Assembly (NCBI RefSeq): GCF_902713615.1
Contig: NW_024056015.1
Span: forward strand, 1-64,000
Origin: Scyliorhinus canicula
Taxonomy: Eukaryota
Direction of reading: 5' to 3'
DNA length: 64,000 bases
The position numbers were made by a program, and so were the translations under genes. The notes under the pieces were generated by a model. The model searched no databases. It saw only the letters and a program-made list of their open reading frames with translations, and was not told the DNA's origin. Shown in pieces: positions 48,426 to 61,076 of the stretch (the stretch's first letter is position 1; each line of letters begins with the position of its first letter).

Positions 48426-50927
48426 CTGATTGTGACGTACACAGCACAGTTCGCTGGCTTGTGACGTACACAGCTCAGTTAGCTGGATTGTGACGTGCAC
48501 AGCTCAGTTAGCTGGATTGTGACGTACATAGCTCAGTTAGCTGGTTTGTGACGTCCACAGTTCAGTTAGCAGGTTTGTGACGTACTCAGCTCAGTTAGCT
48601 GGATTGTGACGTACACAGCTCAGTTAGCTGGATTGTGACGTACACAGCTCAGTTAGCTGGATTGTGACGTACATAGCTCAGTTAGCTGGTTTTTGACGTA
48701 CACAGCTCAGTTAGCTGGTTTGTGACGTATACAGCTCACTTAGCTGGCTTGCGACGTACACAGCTCAGTTAGCAGGATTTTGACGTACGCAGCTCAGTTA
48801 GCTGGATTGTGACGTACACAGCTCAGTTAGCTGGATTGTGACGTACACAGTCAGTTAGCTGGTTTGTGATGTACACAGCTCAGTTAGCTCGCTTGTGACG
48901 TACACAGCTCAGTTAGCTGGATTATGACGTAAACAGCTCTGTTAGCTGGAATGTGACGTACACAGCACAGTTAGCTGCATTGTGACGTAAACAGCTCAGT
49001 TAGCTGGATTGTGACGTACACAGCTCAGTGAGCTGGATTGTGACGTACACAGCTCAGTTAGCTGGCTTGAGACGTACACAGCTCAGTTAGCTGGATTGTG
49101 GCGTACACAGCTCAGTTAGCTGGATTGAGACGTACACAGCTTAGTTAGCTGGATTGTGACGTACACAGCTCAGTTCGCTGGTTTGTGACGTACACAGCTC
49201 AGTTAGCTGGATTGTGACGTACACAGCTGAGTTCGCTGGATTGTGACGTACACAGCACAGTTAGCTGGATTGTGGCGTGCACAGCTCAGTTAATGGATTG
49301 TGACGTACACAGCTCAGTTAGCTGGATTGTGACGTACACAGCTCTGTAGCTGGATTGTGATGTACACAGCTCAGTTAGCTGGATTGTGACGTAAACAGCT
49401 CAGTTACTGGATTGTGACGTACACAGCTCAGTGAGCTGGATTGTGACGTACACAGCTCAGTTAGCTGGCTTGTGACGTACACAGCTCAGTTAACTGGATT
49501 GTGGCGTACACAGCTCAATTAGCTGCTTTGTGATGTACACAGCTCAGTTAGCTGGCTTGTGACGTACACAGCTCAGTTAGCTGGAATGTGGCGTACACAG
49601 CTCAGTTAGCTGGATTGTGACGTACACAGCTCACTTACCTGGATTGTGACGTACACAGCTCTCTTAGCTGGAATGTGACGTACAAAGCACAGTTAGCTGC
49701 ATTGTGACGTAAACAGCTCAGTTAGCTGGATTGTGACGTACACAGTTCAGTGAGCTGGATTGTGACGTACACAACTCAGTTAGCTGGCTTGTGGCGTACT
49801 CAGCTCAGTTAGCTGGATTGTGACGTACACAGCTCAGTTAGCTGGATTGTGACGTACACAGCTCAGTTAGCTGGATTTGACGTACACAGCTCTGTAGCTG
49901 GATTGTGATGTACACAGCTCAGTTAGCTGGATTGTGACGTAAACAGCTCAGTTAGCTGGCTTGTGACGTACACAGCTCAGTTAACTGGATTGTGGCGTAC
50001 ACAGCTCAGTTAGCTGGATTGTGCCGTACACAGTTCAGTTAGCTGGATTGTGACGTACACAGCTCAGTTAGCTGGATTGTGACGTACACAGCTCAGTTAT
50101 CTGGATTGTGACGCACACAGCTCAGTCAGCTGGATTGTGACGTACACATCTCAGTTAGCTGGCTTGTGATGTGCACAGCTCAGTTAGCTGGATTGTGGCT
50201 AAAACAGCTCAGTTAGCTGGATTGTGACGTATACAGCTCAGTTAGCTGGAATGTGGCGTACACAGCTCAGTTAGCTGGATTGTGACGTACACTGCTCTGT
50301 TAGCTGGACTGTGACGTACACAGCACAGTTAGCTGCATTGTGACGTAAACAGCTCAGTTTGCTGGATTGTGACGGACACAGTTCAGTGAGCTGGATTGTG
50401 ACGTAAACAGCTCAGTTAGCTGACTTGTGACGTACACAGCTCAGTTAGCTGGATTGTGGAGTCCACAGCTCAGTTAGCTGGATTGTGACGTACACAGCTC
50501 AGTTAGCTGGATTGTGACGTACACAGCTCAGTTCGCTGGTTTGTGAAATACACAGCTCAGTTAGGTGGATTGTGACGTACACAGCTGAGTTCGCTGGATT
50601 GTGACGTACACAGCTCAGTTAGCTGAATTGTGACGTACGCAGCTCAGTTAATGGATTGTGACGTCCACAGCTCAGTTAGCTGGATTGTGACGTACACAGC
50701 TCAGTCAGCTGGATTGTGACGAACACAGCTCAGTTAGCTAGATTGTGACGTACACAGCTCAGTAGCTGGATTGTGACATAGGCAGCTCAGTTAGCTGGAT
50801 TGTGACGTACACAGCTCAGTCAGCTGGTTTGTGATGTACACAGCTCAGTTAGCTAGATTGTGACGTATACAGCTCAGTTAGCTAGATTGTGAAGTATACA
50901 GCTCAGTCAGCTGGGCAGCTGGTTTGT
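48426..50927. repeat. AGCT-rich minisatellite, 29-bp unit CTGGATTGTGACGTACACAGCTCAGTTAG, ~86 copies
   Basis: Direct tandem repeat with two AGCT motifs per consensus unit; ends ~490 bp before Cmu1. Confidence 0.97.
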
Positions 50928-51412
50928 AATGAGGGGCGATCCCAACATCGCGGGTCCAATTGCTGCACCGGCTGAGGTTATTCATAAAGACCCCCATTCT
51001 CAACCTACCCCTCGCCTGAGATGTGGTGACCCTCAGGTTAAACCACCATCAGTCAGCTCTCAGAAGGAGAGCAGTCTCCGGGACTATGGCCTCATTCACA
51101 TTTTATATTACATGGTGGCTGAAATAATGGGGAAAACGCTCTGCTCCTCTCTTTCAATCCAACGAAAGTTACGCCATTCAGATTACATCAAAATGTGTTT
51201 ATTTCGATAGAGATGGAGAAAGAAATGTGGGTTTCTAAAGAGGGGGCAAAAAGTAGGTGAATCCCAACGATAGAACTGATTGAAGATTCAATGTGGATGT
51301 ATGATTAAATCGGGAAATGTTAGTTTAGTACTAGTCAAATTATGAAATGCTTGGTTACTTATAAATCACGAATACCAGAGTCTAACATGTTGGATCGGCC
51401 ATTCTCTCCCAG

Positions 51413-51712
51413 CGACACCGTCTCCGCCCACTCTCTACAGCCTGGTCTCCTCCTGCCAGCAACACAACACCGACGGCTCCGTAACCGTTGGCTGTTTGGC
51501 GATGGACTACTCCCCAGAAATCACCAGCCTTACTTGGAAGAAAGATGGGCAGCTGATCACCACTGGAGTTAAGAAATACCCGTCAGTGAGAAACAAGAAG
51601 GGAACCTACACCCTGAGCAGCCAGTTAACCATCACCGAGTCAGAGGGGGGATGCAGCAAAATCAGCTGTGAGGTTCGACACAGCGGCTCAGACAAGAGTA
51701 TTGAAATGCCAT
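51413..51712 (+). CDS. IGHM: IgM Cmu1 exon ([17 protein letters not shown]...[23 protein letters not shown]...[17 protein letters not shown])
   Basis: C1-set motifs, ctctcccag acceptor, T|GTAAGT donor, 300 nt in phase. Confidence 0.96.
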
Positions 51713-51916
51713 GTAAGTATTGTGGAACCTGTGACAAACAGAACTGCTTTGATTATTTTATTTACAACTTTGGTTATTTATGATACGTTTATGGTACTCT
51801 GCATAGTTCTGATTCTTGGCGAAAAATATTGACTGCAGATAAACAGTTAAAACATAATAAATCATTTTATTTGTTACAAGATCTTCTGCAAGAAATGTTA
51901 ACTTGTGTTTTTGAAG

Positions 51917-52228
51917 GTGGTGGAAATGACATCCATCCAAATGTTCTCCTCACCGTGAGTTCCAACGAAGAAATCTCAAGACAGAAATTTGCTACCATGG
52001 TCTGTTCAATCAACAATTTCCGTCCAAACTCAATTAACGTGAAGTGGCTGAAGAATGGACAAGCCATGGGTTCAGGAATTGTCACCTCCCCCGCCTGTGA
52101 ACTGAATGGGAACTTCTCGGCGAGCAGTCGGCTGACAGTCTCCGCTGGGGAATGGTTCAGCAAAGCGGTCTATACCTGCCAGGTCATTCATCAAGAGGTC
52201 ATCCAAAGTCACAACATCACCGCGTCTG
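51917..52228 (+). CDS. IGHM: IgM Cmu2 exon
   Basis: [23 protein letters not shown]...YTCQVIH; splice sites in phase, 312 nt. Confidence 0.96.
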
Positions 52229-52679
52229 GTAAGAGACACAAACAGAGGAAACAATAAATCATCCTGCACTCTGATGTTAATCCAAATCAGGAATTTACTG
52301 AAGTTAGTACAAAGCACAGAGTAACTTCTAATTTACTGCCATGTAGTTTGTGTTTCATTCTGATGTAAGAGCTGCATTAGGATTGCTCCCCATTCAGGAT
52401 GTTATCAGAACAGCAAAGAATGCTTCCACTATTTTGAAATCATTTAGTGAGTGAGGTGGAATTGATATCAGCTTTATTCCGAAACAGCTAATTATATTTC
52501 AGAGGCAGTGGGTGTCAGGAACCCTTTACTGATAACAGCTCCGGGGGAAAGTGTTGGAAAATTCATCCAACCTATTTATAAATTAGCATTCATGACTGCG
52601 TTCCCGAGGTCAGGAATTATGTATTGCATTGGGAATGCTGCAATACTGATTCATTAAAATACCGGGGCTAAACGATTTT

Positions 52680-53002
52680 CACAATAGTGGTTAGCATTGA
52701 GGCCTCACTGTGCCTGGGATCAGGTTCAATACTGACGCCGGGTGACTGTGGAATTTACACCTTCTCGCCGTCTCTGCACGGGTTTCCTCCAGGTGCTTCG
52801 GTTTCCTCCCGCAGGCAAATATGTGCAGGTTAGGTGAATTGGTCATCCTACATTGTCACTGAATGTCCAAAGATTAGGTGGGGTTGTGAGGTTACAGGGA
52901 TAGGGTGGGGGAATTGCCCAAGATAGAGTGCTCTTTCGAGGGTCGGTGCAGACTCCATGGGCCGAATGGTCCTCTTCTGCACTGTAGTGATCTATTATTC
53001 TA
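52680..53002 (+). mobile_element. Diverged HE1-like SINE in the Cmu2-Cmu3 intron
   Basis: Similar to the other SINE copies. Confidence 0.75.
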
Positions 53003-53175
53003 TAATAGTTTTCACAGAACACGCTGGTTTTCTATTGTATATCGAAGATTAAAGGCGGTCTGTCGGGGTTGATATTTTGAAGTTGCTTTATTCCCATTTA
53101 GAGAGTGAAGGCTGAATCATGCTATCCTGATTATGAAGCTGAAACTTGGGTTAATTTTCATGTTTTCAATCACAG

Positions 53176-53484
53176 ATCCTTCCCTTTGCACTGTTGCCTC
53201 AGTAACAATCCTGCCACCTCCAATAGAACAGGTCTTACTGGAGGCGACTGTAACCTTAACCTGCGTCATTTCGAATGCTCCTTATGGAGTCAACGTGTCC
53301 TGGAGTGAAGCGAAGAAGCCGCTGAAATCAGAGATTGCCGACCAGCCTGGGGCAGATACTGAGAGCGTGGTCGGCAAATTAAACATCTCGACACAAGCCT
53401 GGCTGAGTGGGGCTGAGTTTGAATGTGTGGCGAGCCATCAGGACCTGCCAACTCCTTTAAGAATTTCAATCCACAAAAAAATAG
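53176..53484 (+). CDS. IGHM: IgM Cmu3 exon
   Basis: [34 protein letters not shown]...[15 protein letters not shown]; cacag acceptor, G|GTGAG donor, 309 nt. Confidence 0.96.
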
Positions 53485-53699
53485 GTGAGCGGTGAGACTG
53501 AAGCAATAAGTGAGTCATTGTGTCTATTTCTAGTGCCAGTGCAGCGGTCAGTATTTAGCATTCAGTGTATTTATGGTCCATTCTGATTGGTAATTCCACT
53601 AACTAAATACTCTGGGCTCTTAGAGTTTAAGGGGGAAATTGACATGCAGACGAATGAACAATGGATTAAAAGCAGTGATATTGGGATTAGATGGAACGA

Positions 53700-55250
53700 G
53701 ACTGCAGACCATAAGACTTAGGAGCAGATGTAGGCCACTGGGCCCATCAACACCGGTCCAGCCTGCAGTGACGTCCTGACTGATCTGATGTGATAATCTT
53801 CAACTCCTCTTTCCCGCCTTATCCCCATATCTCTTGCCGTCTTTACTGATTTAAAATGCGCCTCTCTCAACCTTGAACATACTGAACAACCCAGAATCTA
53901 CAGCCCCCTGCGTTACATAATTCCACAGCTTCACGACCCTCTGAGAGAGGAAATTCCTTCTCATCTCTGTCTTAAATGGGTGAACCCTCACTTTGTGATC
54001 CTGCACTGCTCCGAGACGCTCCTACAAGGGAAAACAACCTCTCAGCGTCTATCCTAAGAAGCTCCCGGAGAATCTTTCATGTCTCAATTAGGTCGCCTTC
54101 ATTCTTCTAAACTCCAATAAGTACAACCCAGCACGGTAGCATTGTGGATAGCACAAGCGCTTCACAGCTCCAGGGTCCCAGGTTCGATTCTGGCTTGGGT
54201 CACTGTCTGTGCCGAGTCTGCACATCCTCCCCGTGTGTGCGTGGGTTTCCTCCGGGTGCTCCGGTTTCCTCCCACAGTCGGTAAGATGTGCAGCTTAGGT
54301 GGATTGGCCATGATAAATTGCCCTTAGTGTCCAAATTGCCCTTAGTGTTGGGTGGGGTTACTGGGTTATGGGGATAGGGTGGTGGTGTTAACCTTGGGTA
54401 GGGTGCTCTTTCCAAGAGCCGGTGCAGACTCGATGGGCCGAGTGGCCTCCTTCTGCACTGTAAATTCTATGTCTACTTAACCTCTCCTCTGAAGAAAATC
54501 CCTCCATACTCGGGGTCAACCTCGTGATCCTTCTCTGGACTGCCTTCAAAACCAACCTGTCTTCCTCAGATAAGGGCAACAAAACTATTCAAAGTGTATC
54601 AAGTGTAGTCTAACTAATGCCTTGTATAATTTGAGCTCGACTTCCCCATGTTTATATTCTATTCCCATTGAAATAAATGCCAACATTCAATTTGTCTCCA
54701 TCTTACCTGCAGAACTTGCTTTATGTGGTTTCTGCACGAGAACCCCCAATTCCCCCGTTACTTCAGCTTTCCCCAGTCTTTGTCCATCTAAATAATATTT
54801 CGTTATGTTCCTCCTCCGACCAAAGTGTCTCAGCTCACATTTTCCTGCATCATATTCCATCTGCCAACATTTTACTCAGTAACGTAAGCTGGCTCTGTTC
54901 CTCTGTAGACTTTATGTCCTCACCACTTGCCTTTCTACCTATTTTTGTATCTGCAGCCGTGGGAATAGCACATTCACTTATTAAACACAGTTTTGAAATT
55001 CATGTATATTACAACTATTGGTTTCCCTCTCTCTAGCCTTCTCGTTATCACCTCAAAAAATTGCAATAAATTTGTGAAGCATGATTTACCTTCGCAAAGC
55101 CGTGCTGACTCTGCTTAATTATATCCTGTATGTCTAAATGCCCAGCTGTTAAGGTCATTGGCCTATAGTTACCTGTTTTTGTCTCCCTCCCTTTTTAATA
55201 AGGGTGTTACATTGGCAGTTTCCAATCCTCTGGGCGTGAGGTAGGGGGAG
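53700..55250 (-). mobile_element. Degenerate CR1 fragment in the Cmu3-Cmu4 intron, interrupted by a SINE
   Basis: Reversed CR1 3' tail near 53710 and RT-like remnants (ORFs 54388-54582, 55169-55444). Confidence 0.6.
54129..54474 (+). mobile_element. HE1-like SINE nested in CR1
   Basis: Full SINE head, body and tail. Confidence 0.88.
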
Positions 55251-55529
55251 TTTAGTGTGAAGCTTATACACCAGCACAGAACAGTTGGGCCGAATGGCCT
55301 GTTTCCCTGCTGTACACTTTCTGAAACTTTCGAATCCAATATTCGTAAGTTCTCAGGGAAAAGGATTGTGTCCACCTCTGCTCCGAGCTGGGAACCCGGA
55401 CAGATCCCAAAGTGGAAAATGGAAACCTTTAAAATCCAACACAAAACACATTTCTCTCACATCTAACCCGCGGTTCCATTGTCTCCGGAATTCCCCATTT
55501 TATTGACATTTATTGTACATTTTCTGCAG

Positions 55530-55921
55530 ATCCCAATCCGTGGGAACCGTCCGTCTCTGTCCTCCTGCCCTCGGCTGAAGACGTCTCCGCTCAGAGATTC
55601 GTCTCCCTCAGCTGCTTAGTGAGAGGTTTCTCCCCCCGAGAGATCTTCGTCAAGTGGACCGTCAATGACAAGCCGGTGAATCCCGGGAACTACAAGAACA
55701 CCGAGGTGATGGCGGAGAACGGCAATAGCTCCTTCTTCATGTACAGCCTGTTATCCTTTGCAGCGGAGGAGTGGGCCAGCGGCGCTTCTTACTCCTGTGT
55801 GGTGGGACATGAAGCCATCCCCTTGAAGATCATCAACAGAACGGTTGATAAATCCAGCGGTAAACCCAGTTTTGTGAACATTTCCCTCGCTCTGATGGAC
55901 ACCGTTAATTCATGTCAATGA
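55530..55921 (+). CDS. IGHM: IgM Cmu4 exon plus secretory tailpiece (..[23 protein letters not shown])
   Basis: ttctgcag acceptor; [18 protein letters not shown]...YSCVVGHE; tail with N-glycan sequon and penultimate Cys; internal TM donor G|GTAAAC at 55860. Confidence 0.97.
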
Positions 55922-55948
55922 GAATCTATCAATTGCATTTCGAACTAA

Positions 55949-55963
55949 AATAAAAATAATAAA
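55949..55963 (+). terminator. Secretory IgM polyadenylation signals (AATAAA x2)
   Basis: AATAAA at 55949-55954 and 55958-55963, ~30 bp after the stop codon. Confidence 0.8.
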
Positions 55964-56294
55964 GGTTTTTTTCCCCTCCAATTGTGATTTAAATGTACAG
56001 CCGTTTAATTAATGGCACTTCCACTTTGCTGATATTAGATCTGTTCAATGAGACCCGGATTTCTACAGGTCTCAGCCCCGTCTGATACAACCAGAGCTCC
56101 CAGCTCAGATACACCCTGGGTTAGAGACAGAGTAAAACTCATTCATTCCAGGATTCAGCAAAATATCTTCATTGACTTTCCTCCCGCTGAGGAGAAATCG
56201 GACACTTTCCCATTTCAGACACATAAACCCATCGCATTTAGATCTCGGTGTTCCTGCTTCTCCCATTGTCCATCCCTTTAAAATTGATCACAGT

Positions 56295-56379
56295 AAGAAG
56301 TCTTACACAACCAGGTTAAAGTCTGACAGGTTTGTTTCAAACACTAGCTTTCGGAGCACTGCTCCTTCCTCAGGTGAAT
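56295..56379. mobile_element. Solo Penelope-like terminal fragment
   Basis: Same sequence as 12775-12860 and 59175-59258. Confidence 0.75.
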
Positions 56380-56489
56380 TTAAAATTAATGTCAGCTTTA
56401 AATTGCTGCATTACACCCACTGGGAACTGAATTGAGAATCAAACAGAAACATGGACCAACAATCACCCATCAAGGAGAGGGGAAAGAGA

Positions 56490-57150
56490 AATTGTGAATC
56501 CATTACATCTCCACCTCTCCTACAAAATCAGGAGGAGGGGCATTAGTAAATCCACTGTACCTCCACTTCCCCAGCAGAGACAGGAGGAGGGGCTTTAGTT
56601 AATCCACTGTACCCCCACTTCCTCAAAAGAGAGAGGAGGGAGCATAAAGTAATCAACTGTACCCCCACATCCCAAAACAGAGAGGGGGAAGGGGCAGTAG
56701 TTAATCCACTGTACCCCCACATCCCAAAATAGAGAGGGGGAGGGGCATTAGTGAATGCACTTCACCCCCACTTCTCCAATAGAGAGTGGGGAATGGACGT
56801 TAGCTCATGCCCTGCACCCCAACTCCCCAACAAAGAGGAAGGGGACTTAGTGAACCCACTATACCCCTCACTTCCTCACCAAAGCATATGGGGGGGGGGG
56901 GGGCAGTAGTTAATCCAGTGTATCACCGCTCCCCAACAAAGAGTGGGGGAGGAGCATTAATTATCACTGTACCCCCACTTTCCCACCAAAGAGCTGGGGC
57001 ATTAGTTAATTCACTGTGCAGCCGCTTCCAACAAAGAAAGGGAGAGGGCCTAAATTAATGCACTGTACGCCCACTTCCCCAATAGAGAGAGGAGGAGGGG
57101 CAATATAAACCAATTTTACCTCCACGTTCCCGACCAATAGAGGAGGAAGG
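56490..57150. repeat. Degenerate ~60-bp tandem repeat (GGAGGAGGGG..TTAATCCACTGTACCCCCACTTCCC..)
   Basis: About 10 diverged copies. Confidence 0.75.
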
Positions 57151-57639
57151 TGATGAGTGAACTCTCTGTATCTCCACCTCATCAGCAGGGGGAACCCAAA
57201 GATAATTTGTTCAGCTGACCAGAGAGGGAGAGACTATTAAATCACTATCTACCTACGCCCCAAGCAGGGAATTTGGGAGTGGATGTGTCTCTACACTAAG
57301 AATTCAGTTACTGACATTACAAGACGGCATGCAGCTTACTGGCTGAAGATTGTAAATGACAACATGCTAAAGATATTCTTAAAATATCTATTCACACAAC
57401 ATAATTTTCTTTAGCACCCTTGTTCCTCTTATCCATATGCGATAACTGATTTTGCATAATCCAAATCCAGACTGGTGATTGAATTCTCCCTGTGTTTTCA
57501 CTGTTCTCTCCTGAGGCACCTTGTATATTTTTACATTCGGTCACCTGATGTCAGCTTGCAACTCACAGAAAACACATTTATAAGCAGAAAGTTCAACATA
57601 TTCTACATCGGTATCAATAATACCCACAACTGGCAAAGC

Positions 57640-58049
57640 TACAGGCAGCTGATACAAATATACAGACAGATAAACAGGAATAAACACGTACCTGCACACG
57701 TACACACCCACAAACATACACACGAGCACACATAGACACAAACACACACCTAGGTTCACACACAGAAACACATGTATACATATCCACATAAATGAACAAA
57801 AATTTACAAACATGCACATAAACACAAAAAAGCACACGTTTATACGCACAGAGACACACGTGTACATACATACACACACACACACAAATCCACACACACA
57901 AGCCGGCACATAAGTACACACAAATATGCACATGCACCCACATGTCCACACAGATACACAAATATGCAAACACGAACATATAAAACCAGACAAGCAGACT
58001 GACACAAGAATATGAAACACAAATGTAAGCAATAACATATACATAATAG
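57640..58049. repeat. CA-rich low-complexity region (continues at ~58880-59160)
   Basis: Direct inspection. Confidence 0.75.
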
Positions 58050-58356
58050 TAACAATAATGTTTATTGTCACAAGTAGGCTTACATTAACACTGCAAGAAG
58101 TTACTGTGAGAAACACCGAGTCGCCACACGCTTGGCGCCTGTTCGAGTACACAGAGGGAGAACTCAGAATGTCCAAATTACCTCTCAAGCACGTCTTTCG
58201 GGACTTGTGGGAGGAAACCGGAGCACCCGATCGAAACCCACGTGGACACAGGGAGAACGTGCAGACTCCGCACAGACAGTGACCCACGCGGGAATCGAAC
58301 CTGGGTCCCTGGCACTGTGAAGCAACAGTACTAACCACTGTGCTACCGTGTCGCCC
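58050..58356 (-). mobile_element. tRNA-derived SINE
   Basis: Reverse complement of 17916-18226. Confidence 0.85.
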
Positions 58357-58544
58357 ATAATCACACCATTTCACAATGACAGTAATATTTCCATTAAAAC
58401 AGAGACAATAGTTCACATTAGCACACTTCTGCACACACGTAGACACATATTAGTATACTCGTACACATGCTAACACAAACACACATTAGTGCACATTGAG
58501 GCTTCAATACACAGCAATAGTTAGTTATAAACAACCATCAATGC

Positions 58545-58870
58545 ATAAATAGCACTGCTGCCTCACAGCGCCATAAACCCGGGTTCAATTCCAGCCTTGG
58601 TGATTGTCTGTGTTGAGTTTCCACGTTCTCCCATGTCTGTTCCCGTTTCCTCCACGTGCTCCGGTTTCCTCCCACAGACCAAAGCTGTGCAGGTTCGGTG
58701 GATTGGCCATGCTCTATTACCCTTTGTCGCCCAAAATGTTAGGTGGTGTTATGAGGTTCTGGGGATAGGCAGGGCGTGCAACTCGGTAGGGTGTTCTTTT
58801 GGCGGGTCGGTGCAGACACAATGGGCCGAATGGCCTCGTTCTCCAAAGTAGGGATTATGTGATGATGATT
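58545..58870 (+). mobile_element. Diverged HE1-like SINE
   Basis: SINE body and (gat)n tail. Confidence 0.75.
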
Positions 58871-59174
58871 GTATGCTGAAATACACGCATTAACAAACAC
58901 ACAGTCACACACACACACACACACACACAAACGCACTTATCCAGACACAAACATTAATACACTGACATGCAAGTTGAAGGCAAAAAGACACATTAACACA
59001 TATATTACTGGGCAGGAAAGTATAAACACATGTTAACACAGGCAATAATATATAAACATAGATTTCAACACAAACAATAAAACACTCATACATACACATT
59101 GACAGAGGATAAACAAAGTATACTCTCAGGCGATGACACACAAATACACAGATCAATACTCATTGACACAATGT

Positions 59175-60525
59175 AAGAAGTCTTTCATACCAGGTTAAAG
59201 TCCAACAGGTTTGTTTCAAACACTCGCTTTCGGAGCACTGCTCCTTCCTCAGGTGAATGAAGAGGTATGTTCCAGAAACATATATATAGACAAATTCAAA
59301 GATGCAAGACAATGCTTTGAATGCGAGCATTTGCAGGTAACTAAATCTTTACAGATCCAGAGATAGGGGTATCTCCAGGTTTAAGAGGTGTGAATTGGTA
59401 GGATTTCGCAAGCCCAGGCCAGATGGTGGGGGATGAATGTAATGCGACATGAATCCCAGGTCCTGGTTGAGGTCGCACTCATGTGTGCGGAACTTGGCTA
59501 TTAGTTTCTGCTCGGCGATTCTGCGTTGCCGCGTGTCCTGAAGGCTGCCTTGGAGAACGCTTACCCGGAGATCAGAGGCTGAATGCCCTTGACTGCTGAA
59601 GTGTTCCCCGACTGGAAGGGAACATTCCTACCTGGTGATTGTCGTGCAATGCCCGTTCATTCGTTGTCGCAGCGTCTGCATGGTGTCGCCAATGTACCAC
59701 GCTTCGGGACATCCTTTCCTGCAGCGTATGGGGTCGACAACGTTGGCCGAGTCGCACGAGTATGTACCGCGTACCTGGTGGGTGGTGTTCTCACGTGTAA
59801 TGGTAGTATCCATGTCGATGATCTGGCACGTCTTGCAGAGATTGCCATGGTAGGGTTGTGTGGTGTCATTTTCACTGTTCTGAAGGCTGGGTAGTTTGCT
59901 GCAAATAATGGCTTGTTTGAGGTTGCGCAGTTGTTTGAAGGCCAGTAGTGGTTGTGTGGGGATAAACTTGGCAAGATGTTCATCTTCAACGATGATGTCT
60001 TGAAGACTGCGAAGAAGATATCTTGGTTTCTTTGCTCCGGGAATGTACTGGACGATGAAGGGTACTCTGTCGGTTGTGTCCCATGTTTGTCTTCTGAGGA
60101 GGATGGTGCGGTTTTTTGCTGTCGCGCGTTGGAACTGTTGATCGATGAGTCGAGCGCCATATCCCGTTCATACAATGGCATCCTTCAGCGTCTGTAGATA
60201 TCTGTTACTGTCCTCCGCGTCTGAGCAGATCCTGTATATACGGAGGGCTTGTCCATAGGGGATGGCTTCTTTAATGTGTTTAGGGTGGAAGCTGGAGAAG
60301 TGGAGCATCATGAGGTTATCCGTGGGCTTGCAGTAAAGCGAAGTGCTGAGGTGACCGTCCATGTTGGAGATGAGTGTGTCCAAGAATGCAACTGATTTTG
60401 GAGAGTATTCCATGGTGTGTCTGATGGTGGGTTGGAACTTATTGATGTCATCGTGTAGTCGTTTCAGTGATTCCTCGCCGTGGGTCCAAAGGAAAAAAAT
60501 GTCATCGATGTATGACATGTATGTA
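59175..60525 (-). mobile_element. Penelope-like retroelement fragment (RT C-terminus and GIY-YIG endonuclease), disrupted
   Basis: YIDDIFFLWTHGE RT motif (ORF 60168-60569) and IRCRKGC..WYIGDT.Q.LRQRMNGH GIY-YIG motif (ORF 59628-59813). Confidence 0.9.
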
Positions 60526-61076
60526 AAAGCTAGCACTTTTCCAGGAGACTCATCCGGAGTGAGACTCATCCAGAGTGGGGATTGAAACTTGGTAATTTGG
60601 CGCAGTGAGGTAAATCAGCAAAGGTAAGTGGAAAATCTAATTCTGCTGTTTTTCAGTTAAAAGTGCAGTGTGGAGCTTAGTGTCTGATTGGTTGAAGCTG
60701 CCCCCACCCTAATTGCTGAGAGGCAGTTATCTGTCAATCACCTGAGGCCTGTTTAGGGGCACATTGTATTCTTCTCTTTGAAGTTAAGGTATTTTTTGAG
60801 TCACCGGTTAGCTGAGGTCTGTATAAAAGACAGACAGACAGCGCACACAGTAAGCTAGCACTTTTCCAGGAGACACATCCGGAGTGAGACTCATCCAGAG
60901 TGGGGATTGAAACTTGGTAATTTGGTGCAGTGAGATAATTCGGTGCAGAGTGTGAGGAGGTGCTTTTTAACCCTGGTAAGTGACTGGTAAGTAGTCTCTC
61001 TTTTTCTTTCCATTGTCTAATTTATTTATTTTTATTTTGAAATTCTAGTTGTTTAAGTTTACCATGGGTTTAAGAC

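Noticed and set aside
48426-50927. CRISPR-like appearance of the 25-, 29-, 65- and 78-bp arrays
   Set aside because: Units are directly adjacent with no unique spacers, there are no cas genes, and the DNA is vertebrate.
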